Source: Verrucomicrobiota bacterium (GTDB lineage: Bacteria; Verrucomicrobiota; Verrucomicrobiia; Opitutales; UBA953). From it: a DNA stretch of 64,000 nucleotides. The translations under genes and the position numbers were made by a program. Below are positions 36,720 through 46,163 of this stretch, in pieces. The first letter of the stretch is position 1. Each line of letters opens with the position of its first letter. The notes beneath the pieces were generated by a model. That model saw only the letters and a list, made by a program, of their open reading frames with translations, was not told where the DNA came from and searched no databases. Location of the stretch: assembly GCA_014193315.1 (NCBI GenBank), contig BJHS01000008.1, positions 19,001 to 83,000 on the forward strand, in the 5' to 3' direction.

Positions 36720-38054
36720 ATGCTTCCCCGCATCGTCTCTATCCTGACCGGCGCCCTCCTGCTCGCCGCGGTCCCCGCCTCGGCCCAGGAGGTGAACGTC
36801 GAGCCGGCGTTCCCCGGGTTGAACTTCAGCTTGCCGATCGGGGTCGCCCCCCTGCCCGGGAGCAAGGACGCCCTGTTCATCATCGAGAAGGGCGATCCTG
36901 TGCCGGCACCGGCCGGGGATAAGACCGCCGATAAGAAGAAGAAGGCCAGCGCTTACCTCGGGGGTAAGATCCAGATGGTGACCGGCTTGTCCGCCGGTAA
37001 GCCCGTCAAACGGCAAGTCTTCCAACTGGCGGTGAAGGATGGCGAATTCGAGGCTGGCGGTGAATGCGGCCTGCTCGGTTTCGCGGTTCACCCTCAGTAT
37101 GAAAAGGTTCGCCAAGTCTTTGTCTATTATAGTGTTAAGATTGGAGGCAAGTTGCACCAGCGGGTCTCCCGCTTCCGGCTGAAGGAGGGCGCCGAGTTCC
37201 AGGTCGATCCCGACTCCGAGCAGCCGTTGATGACCCAGCTCGACCCGGCCTCCAACCACAATGGCGGCGACATGCATTTCGGTCCCGATGGCTACCTTTA
37301 CTTCAGTTGTGGGGACGGTGGGGCGGGTGGCGATGCCTTCAATTACGCCGGCTTCATCAACAAGGGCTTTCATGCCGGGGTCTTCCGGGTCGACGTCGAT
37401 AAGAAGCCGGGAAGCCTGGCGCCCAACCCCCACCCGTCGGTCGTGGCCGACGCCCAAGGGGTCGCCTTCTACGCGGTGCCGGCCGATAACCCGTTCGTGC
37501 AGGCGACCAGCCACCGAGGCCAGACCCTCGAGCCGAAGTCGGTCCGGACCGAGACTTGGGCCACGGGGCTCCGCAACGCCTGGCGCTTCTCTTTTGACCC
37601 CCGGACGGGCACCTGTTTCGCCGGGGACGTGGGCCAGAACCTTTTCGAGGAAATCGATATCTTGGTTGCCGGCGGCGACTACGGCTGGAGCGAGATCGAA
37701 GGCCTGCATGTCTATAACCGTAAGGACGCCAGCGCCAAACAAGGCCCGGCGGCCCTGGCTCCTGCCTCCAAGCAGTGGCTCCCGCCGATCTATGAGTACG
37801 ACCGCAAAGTCGGCAACTCCGTCACCGGCGGCGTCGTCTACCGTGGGGACGCAATCCCCGCACTCAAAGGCTCCTATGTTTTTGCCGACTTCGCCTCCGG
37901 CCGGATCATCGCCTTGCGGGAACAGGGTGGCAAGTGGGATGGCAAGGTCGTCGCCAAGGATACCTCCATCGCGGGATTTGGTCATGACCCGGCCAATGGC
38001 GACGTGCTTTTCGCCTCGATGACCGGCCAGATCAAGCGTTTGACCAAGAAGTAA
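36720..38054 (+). CDS. PQQ-dependent (soluble glucose/sorbosone dehydrogenase-like) beta-propeller protein, secreted
   Basis: Signal peptide, plus GLLGFAVHP, HNGGDMHFGPDGYLY and GLRNAWRFSFDP motifs. Confidence 0.75.
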   Translation: MLPRIVSILTGALLLAAVPASAQEVNVEPAFPGLNFSLPIGVAPLPGSKDALFIIEKGDPVPAPAGDKTADKKKKASAYLGGKIQMVTGLSAGKPVKRQVFQLAVKDGEFEAGGECGLLGFAVHPQYEKVRQVFVYYSVKIGGKLHQRVSRFRLKEGAEFQVDPDSEQPLMTQLDPASNHNGGDMHFGPDGYLYFSCGDGGAGGDAFNYAGFINKGFHAGVFRVDVDKKPGSLAPNPHPSVVADAQGVAFYAVPADNPFVQATSHRGQTLEPKSVRTETWATGLRNAWRFSFDPRTGTCFAGDVGQNLFEEIDILVAGGDYGWSEIEGLHVYNRKDASAKQGPAALAPASKQWLPPIYEYDRKVGNSVTGGVVYRGDAIPALKGSYVFADFASGRIIALREQGGKWDGKVVAKDTSIAGFGHDPANGDVLFASMTGQIKRLTKK

Positions 38055-38058
38055 GCGC

Positions 38059-38973
38059 ATGCTTTCCCGCCGCGCCTTGCTCGGTCGGGCCGCCGCCGTG
38101 GCGGCCGGCGCGGCGTTACGGCCTTGGCCGCTACTCGCCGCCAATCGGCCGGCGCCACCGCGGCCGGCGGTGAGCCTCTTCACCAAGCATCTCGTCGGCT
38201 TGCCATTCGAGCAGCTGGCCGAGGTTGTCGCGGAGATCGGCGTGACGGGCATCGAGGCACCGGTGCGTCTCGGTGGGCATGTCGAGCCCGCGCGGGTGGA
38301 GGAGGGGTTACCCCGTTTGGTCGAAGCTTTGCGGCGATGCGGGCTGACGATCACGATGCTCACCACCGGGATCAATGAAGTCTCGGCCGCAGCGCGGACC
38401 GAGACGATGCTCCGGACGGCGCGGGCGCTCGGCATCCCGCGGTTTCGGATGAATTGGTATGCCTACGATGGTCAACGATCGCCGTGGGTCCAGTTGGAGG
38501 AGATCAAGCCGAAGCTCCGCGACCTCGTCCAGCTCTCGCGTGAAATCGGGATTCAGCCCTGCTACCAAAATCATTCTGGCGCGAAGTATGTCGGCGCCGG
38601 CATCTGGGATATGGCGATGCTCATGCGTGACCACCCAGCGGCGGAACTGGCCTGGGCCTTTGACATCATGCATGCCACCATCGAGGGCAGCACATCCTGG
38701 CCGACGGAGTTCGACCTCGTCCGCGATCGGCTGGGCATGGCCTATTTCAAGAACTTCGCCTGGGCAGGGAAGGGCCACCGCCCCGCCACCTTGGCCGAAG
38801 GGGTCGTGGGTCGGCCTTATGTCGATCGGCTCCAACAGTCTGGGTTCGCCGGGCCGATCTGCCTGCATGTGGAATACCTTCCCGAGGGGACGGTCAAAGA
38901 CGCCGCCTATATCAAGGAGGCCGTTGCGACCAGCCGGCAGGACCTGGCGACCTTGCGTGGCTGGTGGGGTTGA
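38059..38973 (+). CDS. Sugar phosphate isomerase/epimerase (xylose-isomerase-like TIM barrel) with Tat-type signal
   Basis: N-terminal SRRALLGRAAAVAAGAAL (twin-arginine style). ~300-aa TIM-barrel-like body. Confidence 0.7.
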   Translation: MLSRRALLGRAAAVAAGAALRPWPLLAANRPAPPRPAVSLFTKHLVGLPFEQLAEVVAEIGVTGIEAPVRLGGHVEPARVEEGLPRLVEALRRCGLTITMLTTGINEVSAAARTETMLRTARALGIPRFRMNWYAYDGQRSPWVQLEEIKPKLRDLVQLSREIGIQPCYQNHSGAKYVGAGIWDMAMLMRDHPAAELAWAFDIMHATIEGSTSWPTEFDLVRDRLGMAYFKNFAWAGKGHRPATLAEGVVGRPYVDRLQQSGFAGPICLHVEYLPEGTVKDAAYIKEAVATSRQDLATLRGWWG

Positions 38974-39028
38974 GCGGTCTCTGAAAAGTTAGGCTGGAAC
39001 TTTCGCCGGGTCGGGCTGTTATAGCCCG

Positions 39029-41713
39029 ATGCCCTGTATCGCCCTGCTCCTGCTGGCCGCCGCTTCCCTGTCGGCCGCCCCCGAACCCTTCAAGCCGTCC
39101 GAAGGCGGCTCGGTCCCGCTCAATCTTTTCCAAGTCCCCGAAGGACTGGAGGTCACCGTCTGGGCGCGTTCGCCGATGTTGGCGAACCCGACGAACCTCG
39201 ACATCGACGCGCAAGGCCGCGTCTGGGTCACCGAGGGCGTCAACTACCGCGTCTACAACAAGGGCGGCAAGCGCCGCGCCGACGGCGACCGCGTCGTCGT
39301 CCTGAGCGACACCAAGGGCGCCGGTAAGGCCGACAGCGCCAACACCTTCGTGCAGGACGCGGGTTGGACCTCGCCCCTCGGTATCGCCGTCTTTGACAAC
39401 GTCGTCATCGTCTCGCACACGCCCGACCTCATCAAGTTCACCGACGTCAACCGCGACGGGAAGTTCGACCCTGCGGTCGATAAACGCGAGGTGCTCCTCG
39501 GCGGCTTCGGCGGCCAGGACCACGACCACTCGCTCCATGCGATCGTCGCCGGTCCCGACGGCAAACTCTACCTCAACTCCGGCAATTGCGGCGGCTCCTT
39601 CACCGATAAGTCCGGCAAGACCTACCGCATCTCCTCCGGCTACGTCGACCAGCGGGGCGGTGCCTGGCCCTTCGACCCGAAGGTCACCGCCGGCGCCAAG
39701 AGCGACGACGGGTTTGTCTGGTCCTCTGGTTTCTCCGCTCGCATGAACGACGACGCCTCGGGCGTCGAGGTCATCGGCAACGGCTACCGCAACAGCTTTG
39801 AACACTTCCCGTCCTCCTTGGGTGACCTCTTCCAGGGCGACAACGACGACTCGAGCAGCTGCCGCACCTCTTTCGTCCTGGAGTATGGCACCGCGGGCTA
39901 CACCACGGCCAAGGCCGCCGGCTACGGCTCCGTCCGCCGGCCCGGTCAGATCACGTCGCGCGCCCACTGGCGTCAGGAAGACCCCGACACCATGGACGTC
40001 GGCGATGTCTACGGCTCCGGCTCCCCGACCGGTATCACCGTCTACGAGAACGGCGCGCTCGGCGCGGCTTGGAACGGCACGCTCCTGAACTGCGAACCCT
40101 CGCGCAACACGATCTTCGCTTACAAGCTGCAAGCGCAGAAGGGCGCCTTCGCGCTGAACGAGTCGACCCGCAAGGACTTCATCACCTCCAACCCTGCGCG
40201 TGAGTTCGAAGGGACCGACTTCCATCGGATCAAGACCCCGGGTAAGAGAGGCGAGCATATCTGGTTCCGCCCTTCCGACGTCGCGGTCGGCCCCGATGGC
40301 GCGGTCTATGTCGCCGATTGGTTCGATACCCGCGTGGGCGGTCACCAGACGCTGGACGACACTTGCACCGGGGCGATCTACCGCATCGCGCCCAAGGGCT
40401 TCCAGTCCGTGATTCCTAAACTCGATCTGGCGTCCCCTGCCGGCGCCGTCGCCGCGCTCCGCAGCCCTGCCGTCAACGTTCGCCACCTCGGCTTCAATGC
40501 CGCCAAGGGCTTCGGGGCGAAGTCCCTGCCCGCCGTGCTCGAGCTCGCGAAGGACGCGAACCCTTACGTCGCCGCCCGCGCCGTCTGGTTGCTGCCTTAC
40601 CTCGGCGATGAAGGTGTCGCCCGTGCCCGCGAGTTGCTCAAGGACGCTAACCCCTCCCAGCGCCGCCTTGCCTTCCAGGCCTTGCGTCGCGCCAACCAGG
40701 ATGTGCTCGCGGCTTCCGCCCTCCTCGCGGCGGACCCCGACGTCGCCGTGCGTCGCGATGTTGCCACCTCCCTGCATGCCGTCGCCGCCGACAAGGCGGT
40801 GCCGATCCTCGTGGAACTCGCCAAGCACCTCGAGGTGAGCGATAAGAACTCCAGCGCCGCCTTCGGGATCGGCGCGACCGGCAAGGAAGCCCAAGTCTGG
40901 GCCGCCGTGAAGGCCGCCTTCGTCAAGGACGGTCAGCCTTGGTCCGCCGAGGTTGCCCGGATTGCCTGGGTCTTGCACACCCCGGACATGGTCGCCGAAC
41001 TCGTCGCGCAGGCCGGCTCCAGCCAGGTTTCCGCCGCGCAGCGTACGCTCGCGACCGAGACGCTCTCGTTCGTCGAGTCGAAGGAAGCCGCGCTCGCCAT
41101 GATTACCCTCGCCGGCAATCGGTCGCCCGTGAAGGGCGAAGCCGCCACCTGGGCCTTGATGCGCATGACCGGCACCTGGTCCCAGTTCGATATCCGCGCC
41201 GAGCTCAAGAAGGCCGGCGTTTACGACGAAGCCAATGTCGTCGTCACTCCCATCCAGGTGCTGGACGCGCCGAAGCCGACCTACACGAGCGCCGACGTGC
41301 TCGCCAAGACCGGCGACGCCGACAAGGGCAAGGCCCTCGCCCAGCGTTGCATCCTTTGCCACCAAATCGACGGCAATGGTCCGGCTTACGGTCCGGAACT
41401 CCGCGGTTTCGCCACCCGGCAGGGTCGGGAGGCCGTGGTCACCGCCATCGTTGAGCCCTCCGCCAGTATCGCCCTGGGTTATGAGGGCACGAGCCTGAAG
41501 CTGAAGGCTGGCGGTCAGATTGATGGCCTCCTTCAGTCCAATAACGACCCGGCGGTCATCAAGTCCACGGGCGGGATCTCCCAATTAGTCCCCAAGAAGC
41601 AGATTGGTGGTCAGTCCCGGATGGGTAAGTCCTTGATGATGTCCGGTGAGCAGCTCGGCCTCAGCGCCCAGGAGGTCGCCGATATCGCCGCTTGGCTGGC
41701 CTCCTATAAGTAA
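39029..41713 (+). CDS. PVC-type heme-binding CxxCH protein (dehydrogenase-like beta-propeller + HEAT repeats + cytochrome c)
   Basis: Signal peptide. N-terminal propeller-like region. HEAT-like repeats (NPYVAARAVWLL, DPDVAVRRDVATSL). C-terminal CILCH heme motif. Confidence 0.75.
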   Translation: MPCIALLLLAAASLSAAPEPFKPSEGGSVPLNLFQVPEGLEVTVWARSPMLANPTNLDIDAQGRVWVTEGVNYRVYNKGGKRRADGDRVVVLSDTKGAGKADSANTFVQDAGWTSPLGIAVFDNVVIVSHTPDLIKFTDVNRDGKFDPAVDKREVLLGGFGGQDHDHSLHAIVAGPDGKLYLNSGNCGGSFTDKSGKTYRISSGYVDQRGGAWPFDPKVTAGAKSDDGFVWSSGFSARMNDDASGVEVIGNGYRNSFEHFPSSLGDLFQGDNDDSSSCRTSFVLEYGTAGYTTAKAAGYGSVRRPGQITSRAHWRQEDPDTMDVGDVYGSGSPTGITVYENGALGAAWNGTLLNCEPSRNTIFAYKLQAQKGAFALNESTRKDFITSNPAREFEGTDFHRIKTPGKRGEHIWFRPSDVAVGPDGAVYVADWFDTRVGGHQTLDDTCTGAIYRIAPKGFQSVIPKLDLASPAGAVAALRSPAVNVRHLGFNAAKGFGAKSLPAVLELAKDANPYVAARAVWLLPYLGDEGVARARELLKDANPSQRRLAFQALRRANQDVLAASALLAADPDVAVRRDVATSLHAVAADKAVPILVELAKHLEVSDKNSSAAFGIGATGKEAQVWAAVKAAFVKDGQPWSAEVARIAWVLHTPDMVAELVAQAGSSQVSAAQRTLATETLSFVESKEAALAMITLAGNRSPVKGEAATWALMRMTGTWSQFDIRAELKKAGVYDEANVVVTPIQVLDAPKPTYTSADVLAKTGDADKGKALAQRCILCHQIDGNGPAYGPELRGFATRQGREAVVTAIVEPSASIALGYEGTSLKLKAGGQIDGLLQSNNDPAVIKSTGGISQLVPKKQIGGQSRMGKSLMMSGEQLGLSAQEVADIAAWLASYK

Positions 41714-41738
41714 GGGGGCAGGGCATTGCCTTGAAAAG

Positions 41739-41774
41739 AGGGGCTTTCCCGCAGGGGAGGGCCCCTTTTCATTT
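41739..41774 (+). terminator. Rho-independent terminator
   Basis: AGGGGCTTTCCC-gcag-GGGAGGGCCCCT (12 bp, two G.U) followed by TTTTCATTT. Confidence 0.6.
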
Positions 41775-41888
41775 CCCGCTTGCATCTCGGCGAGGGCTTC
41801 CCAAGTTTGACCCTCCTTTCCCTAGGCAAGGCACGGCCGCACGACGCGGGTCCGCGACTTACTAGGTCCCAAAAGCCTTTTACACCGC

Positions 41889-42584
41889 ATGAAGAAGTTC
41901 AGCCTCAACGTCACCGGTCGCCAGCTCCATGGCCGCGGCCCCGCTCGTCGCCTCCGTCTCGAAGGCGCGATTCCTGCCATCATCTATGGCAAGTCCGGCA
42001 ACCAGAGTGTCTCGGTCAAGCAGGAGGACTTCCGCACCCTGATGCGCGCCAAGGGTACCGCCGCCGCGCTCATCGACCTCAATGTCGACGGCAAGGTCAT
42101 GCTTTCCCTGATCAAGGAATCGCAGCGCCACCCCATCACCCAGAAGTTCCTCCACATCGACATCATGGAGATCGACCCGAAGTCGCTCATGTCCGCCGCT
42201 ATCCCGGTGCGCGCCGTCGGTGAGGCCTATGGCGTCAAGACGGAGGGCGGCACCCTCGCCATCGTCTCCCAGACCGTCAACGTCCGCTGCTTGCCGGAAA
42301 ACCTGCCCGAGTTCATCGAAGTCGACGTCACCGAACTCAAGGTCAACCAGTCCATCCACGTCGGTGCCCTCAAGGCCCCGAAGGGTATCACCTTCCCGGG
42401 CGACCCCCAGCGCGTCGTCGTGGTCTGCTCCGAGATGGCCGCGGAAGAAGCCGCCGCCGAACCCGCTCCGGGTGCTGTGCCGGTCGCTGGCGCCGAAGGT
42501 GCCGCCGCCGCCCCGGCCGCTGGTGCCGCCGCCCCGGCCGCTGGTGCTGCCGCCCCGGCCGCCGCCCCTGCCGCCAAGAAGTAA
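41889..42584 (+). CDS. rplY: 50S ribosomal protein L25 / Ctc form
   Basis: N-terminal L25 fold sequence (RRLRLEGAIPAIIYG), Ctc-type extension, and an Ala/Pro-rich tail. Confidence 0.9.
   Translation: MKKFSLNVTGRQLHGRGPARRLRLEGAIPAIIYGKSGNQSVSVKQEDFRTLMRAKGTAAALIDLNVDGKVMLSLIKESQRHPITQKFLHIDIMEIDPKSLMSAAIPVRAVGEAYGVKTEGGTLAIVSQTVNVRCLPENLPEFIEVDVTELKVNQSIHVGALKAPKGITFPGDPQRVVVVCSEMAAEEAAAEPAPGAVPVAGAEGAAAAPAAGAAAPAAGAAAPAAAPAAKK
42504..42566 (+). repeat. Tandem 21-nt repeat (GCCGCCGCCCCGGCCGCTGGT, about 3 copies) encoding AAAPAAG
   Basis: Read directly. Units at 42504-42524 and 42525-42545, with a diverged third copy. Confidence 0.6.
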
Positions 42585-42627
42585 TTTCCGCCGCCGGGCG
42601 TCCCCGGCACCTGTTCTTTGAAGTCAA

Positions 42628-43212
42628 ATGCCATTCTCGGTCATCGCCGCCCTCGGTAATCCGGGCCGAGAATATTCCGCCACGCGCCACAACGCAGGGT
42701 GGATCGTCATCGACGCCCTCGCTGCGCAAGCCGGGGCCTCCTGGCAGGCGGAAAGCCGTTTTCCAGCCTCGGTCGCCAAGGTTATGTTCGGAGGTTCCTC
42801 CGTTTTCCTGGTCAAACCGCAGAGCTTCATGAATGTCAGCGGGGAACCCCTCGCCGCCTTCCTTCGCTTCCACCGGCTCGAGTCCACCGGACTCGTCGTG
42901 CTCCACGATGACATCGCGTTCGAACCCGGCCAGATGCGCCTCGCGCTCGGAGGTTCGGCCGCCGGACACAACGGCGTCGCCAGCTGCCTCCAGCTCCTCG
43001 GCGACACCTTCGTTCGGGCTCGCCTCGGTATCGGCCCCAAACGCCACCCGGAGCAGGACCTCGCCGACCATGTGCTCGGCAAACTCCCCGCCGCCGACCT
43101 CGACCAGCTTCAAGCCCGGATCCCCGACTTCATTCAAGGACTCGAAACCCTCTTCACCCGCGGCCTTCCCGCCGCCCAGAACCTCACCAACAGAAAATCA
43201 CCATCACCATGA
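42628..43212 (+). CDS. pth: Peptidyl-tRNA hydrolase
   Basis: GNPGREYSATRHNAGW signature. Confidence 0.9.
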   Translation: MPFSVIAALGNPGREYSATRHNAGWIVIDALAAQAGASWQAESRFPASVAKVMFGGSSVFLVKPQSFMNVSGEPLAAFLRFHRLESTGLVVLHDDIAFEPGQMRLALGGSAAGHNGVASCLQLLGDTFVRARLGIGPKRHPEQDLADHVLGKLPAADLDQLQARIPDFIQGLETLFTRGLPAAQNLTNRKSPSP

Positions 43213-43514
43213 CCACCGCCCAGCTCCGCCGCTCCTACCGCGCCAGCCTGATCCTCGACCTCCGTGGCTCGACGGACGCCCCTGACGCCGTCATCGAGCG
43301 TCTCAAGGACACGCTCAAGTCCCTCGACTGCAAAGTCTCGGAGACCGAGAACCTCGGCCAGAAGGAGTTCTCCCGCGTCGTCGACCGCAAGTTCCCTTCC
43401 GGTCTCTACGTCCAGTTCCACTTTGAAGGTCCGGTGACCACCCCGACCGCGTTCCGCGAGAAGCTGCGTCTTGACCGTACGGTCAATCGCCTGCTCGTCC
43501 AATCCAGCAAGTAA
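43209..43514 (+). CDS. rpsF: 30S ribosomal protein S6
   Basis: 101 aa with an S6-like sequence. ATGA coupling to pth. Conserved position before ssb. Confidence 0.85.
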   Translation: MTTAQLRRSYRASLILDLRGSTDAPDAVIERLKDTLKSLDCKVSETENLGQKEFSRVVDRKFPSGLYVQFHFEGPVTTPTAFREKLRLDRTVNRLLVQSSK

Positions 43515-43535
43515 CCCCCCCGCCCCCTCTCCGCC

Positions 43536-43973
43536 GTGGCCTCTTCCTTCAATCGCGTAATCCTCGCGGGCAACATGACCCGCGATCCCGAGGCCCGGGC
43601 GCTGCCTTCGGGCCAAGCCCTCACCAAGTTCTCCCTCGCCGTCAACCGTGCCTACACCACCAAGGAAGGCGAGAAGCGCGAGGAAGTGACCTACGTCGAC
43701 ATCGAGAGCTACGGCAAGCAGGCCGAAATCATCGCCAAGTATTGCGGTAAGGGCTCGGGTATCCTTGTCGAAGGTCGCCTCAAACTCGACCAGTGGGAAG
43801 ACAAGAAGACCGGCGAGAAGCGCTCGCGGCTCGGCGTCGTCCTCGAGAATTTCACCTTCATCGGCGGCAAGTCCCAGGGTGGCGAGGAGGGCGGTGCCGC
43901 CCCCCGTGCCCGCGGCGGCAACGACACCCCTTCCGCTGCGCCCGACCAGGGCGGCGACGACGTCCCTTTCTGA
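43536..43973 (+). CDS. ssb: Single-stranded DNA-binding protein
   Basis: FNRVILAGNMTRDPE OB-fold start, Gly-rich linker and acidic tip DDVPF. Confidence 0.9.
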   Translation: MASSFNRVILAGNMTRDPEARALPSGQALTKFSLAVNRAYTTKEGEKREEVTYVDIESYGKQAEIIAKYCGKGSGILVEGRLKLDQWEDKKTGEKRSRLGVVLENFTFIGGKSQGGEEGGAAPRARGGNDTPSAAPDQGGDDVPF

Positions 43974-44008
43974 TTCCCCTCCACCTTTAACCCAAGCAAG
44001 CACCTATC

Positions 44009-44572
44009 ATGGCATTTACCGAAGTTTTCCTCATCAAGCCCGTCGACGGCCTAGGCGCCGAAGGCGAGCAAGTCCGCGTCCGCGCGGGCTTTGCGCGCAA
44101 TTACCTGTTGCCCCAGGGAATCGCCCTGCCGGTCAACCGCGCGAACACCAAGTACATCGAGTCCTTGCAGAAGGCCCGTGACCTTCGCGAGGCCCGCGAC
44201 CTCGAAGCCGCCAAGGCCATCGAGACCAAGCTCGCCGCCCTCAACCTCGTCTTCGCCGTCAAGACCGGTGAAGGTGGCAAGATGTTCGGCGCCATCAGCA
44301 CCGCTGAAATCTCCGCCAAGCTCGCCGAACACGGCATTGAGCTGGAGCGCAAGCGCATCCACCTCGGCCAAGGCCCGGTCAAACTCCTCGGCAAGCATGT
44401 CTGCAGCATCCGCCTCCATGGCTCCGTCATGGTCGAGCAGGGTTTCGAGGTCGTCTCCGAGAATCCGATCGAACCCGCCGCCGAGGAAGCCCCCGAGGTC
44501 GAGGAGCGCGAGCATCGCGACGACAAGAAGTCCCGCAAGCCACGCAAGGAAAAGTCCGATAAGAAGGCCTAA
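44009..44572 (+). CDS. rplI: 50S ribosomal protein L9
   Basis: VRVRAGFARNYLLPQGIA signature. Confidence 0.9.
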   Translation: MAFTEVFLIKPVDGLGAEGEQVRVRAGFARNYLLPQGIALPVNRANTKYIESLQKARDLREARDLEAAKAIETKLAALNLVFAVKTGEGGKMFGAISTAEISAKLAEHGIELERKRIHLGQGPVKLLGKHVCSIRLHGSVMVEQGFEVVSENPIEPAAEEAPEVEEREHRDDKKSRKPRKEKSDKKA

Positions 44573-44593
44573 TCCTCCGGCCCTTCCCGTATC

Positions 44594-44629
44594 AGGGCGC
44601 GTGGCTTCGGCTATGCGCCCTTTTTATTT
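44594..44629 (+). terminator. Rho-independent terminator after rplI
   Basis: AGGGCGC...GCGCCCT stem with an inner TTCG tetraloop, followed by TTTTTATTT. Confidence 0.6.
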
Positions 44630-44647
44630 CTGGTGGGCGGGATCGCC

Positions 44648-44691
44648 TGTGAATAGACCGTGAATCCTCGGTGAACGGCTCGTGCATAGAT
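44648..44691 (+). promoter_or_regulatory. Four direct GTGMAY hexamers at exact 11-nt phasing upstream of dnaB
   Basis: GTGAAT at 44649, GTGAAT at 44660, GTGAAC at 44671, GTGCAT at 44682. Confidence 0.4.
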
Positions 44692-44735
44692 TGTCGCTGT
44701 CACCCTTCTCCCCCCTGCCCACTGTCCCCTTTCTC

Positions 44736-46163
44736 ATGGCCGAACGACCCCAGCGCCAGCGGCGCGACGCCCCGCCGAACTATGGCGACCGCGTCCCTCC
44801 TCACAACCTCGACGCCGAGCGCGGCCTCATCGCCGGCATCATCATCGACGGCGGCGACACGCTCCAGCGCTGCCTCGAGCAGAAGGTCACGCCCGACTAC
44901 TTCTTCGACCCCAAGCACCAGGATATCTACGCCGCGGCGATGCAACTCTCCCAGGAGAGCGTGGGCATCGACGAGATCACGCTGACCGAGCGACTGCGGC
45001 GCGAAGGGACGCTCGATGCGGCCGGTGGCGCCGCCTACGTGAACGAGTTGACGGGGCAGGTCGCCTCGACCGCCCACGCCCCGCACTGGCTCAACATCGT
45101 CCGCGAGAAGCATTTCATCCGGAAGCTCATCGCCACCGCCGTCACCACGGTCGAGAAGGCGCATGCCCACACCGAGGGTATCGCGCGCCTCATGGAGGAG
45201 GTCGAACGCTCGTTTTTCAGCATCAGCGAGGACCGCATCTCCGAATCGGCGATGCCCGTGGACAAGTCGATCGAGGAGGCGATGGAACTCGTCGAGAAGA
45301 TCATGCGCGACCGCAACTCCGTGCAGGGTCTGCCGACCGGCTTCAATGAGCTCGATGCGCTGACGTTCGGTTTCCAAGGCGGGCAGATGATCGTCGTCGC
45401 GGCCCGTCCGGGCATGGGTAAGACGTCCATCGCGCTCAACTTCATCGAGGCGGCCCTCTTCCCTAAGCCCAACTCCGGCCGCCCGCCGTCCCACGTGATG
45501 CTTTTCTCGCTCGAGATGCCCGCGCGCGAGCTCGCCCTGCGTCTGCTTTGCTCCCGGGCACGGGTGAATACGCAGAAACTCCGCTCCGGGCATCCCGATG
45601 AGCGCATGCAGATCGACCTGGTGCAGGCGGCCAACGAATACCGCGGGCGGCCCTTGGTTATCGATGATAACGGCGGCCAGACCATCCTCGAGATCCGGGC
45701 CAAGTGCCGCCGGGTGCACGCCCGCAAGCCGCTCGACCTAATCGTCATCGACTACATCCAGCTCATCAACGGCATGGACTCGAGCGTCTCCCGCGAGCAA
45801 CAGATCGCCGAGGTCTCCCGCAGCATCAAGGCCATGGCGAAGGAATTCCGGGTGCCCATCATCGCCCTGGCCCAGCTCAACCGAAAGTCCGAGGACGAGG
45901 CCCGCCAGCCGAAGATGTCGGACTTGCGCGAGTCCGGCTCCATCGAGCAGGACGCCGACATCGTCATGCTCATTTCCAAGCCCCAGCTGAGCGCGAAGCA
46001 GGCCCAGGAACAGGAGCAGGAGCACGCCAGCCAGCCGGGCTGCTTCGCTCGCGAACTCATCGTCGCCAAGAATCGTAACGGGCCGACGGCCGACATTCCC
46101 TTGCTCTTTAACACAAGCCTGACACGTTTCGAGGCCCTTGCTAGGGAATCCCGCAATGCCTAA
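44736..46163 (+). CDS. dnaB: Replicative DNA helicase DnaB
   Basis: PPHNLDAERGLI N-terminal motif, Walker A ARPGMGKTS, and FSLEM, IDYIQL, ALAQLNR motifs. Confidence 0.9.
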   Translation: MAERPQRQRRDAPPNYGDRVPPHNLDAERGLIAGIIIDGGDTLQRCLEQKVTPDYFFDPKHQDIYAAAMQLSQESVGIDEITLTERLRREGTLDAAGGAAYVNELTGQVASTAHAPHWLNIVREKHFIRKLIATAVTTVEKAHAHTEGIARLMEEVERSFFSISEDRISESAMPVDKSIEEAMELVEKIMRDRNSVQGLPTGFNELDALTFGFQGGQMIVVAARPGMGKTSIALNFIEAALFPKPNSGRPPSHVMLFSLEMPARELALRLLCSRARVNTQKLRSGHPDERMQIDLVQAANEYRGRPLVIDDNGGQTILEIRAKCRRVHARKPLDLIVIDYIQLINGMDSSVSREQQIAEVSRSIKAMAKEFRVPIIALAQLNRKSEDEARQPKMSDLRESGSIEQDADIVMLISKPQLSAKQAQEQEQEHASQPGCFARELIVAKNRNGPTADIPLLFNTSLTRFEALARESRNA

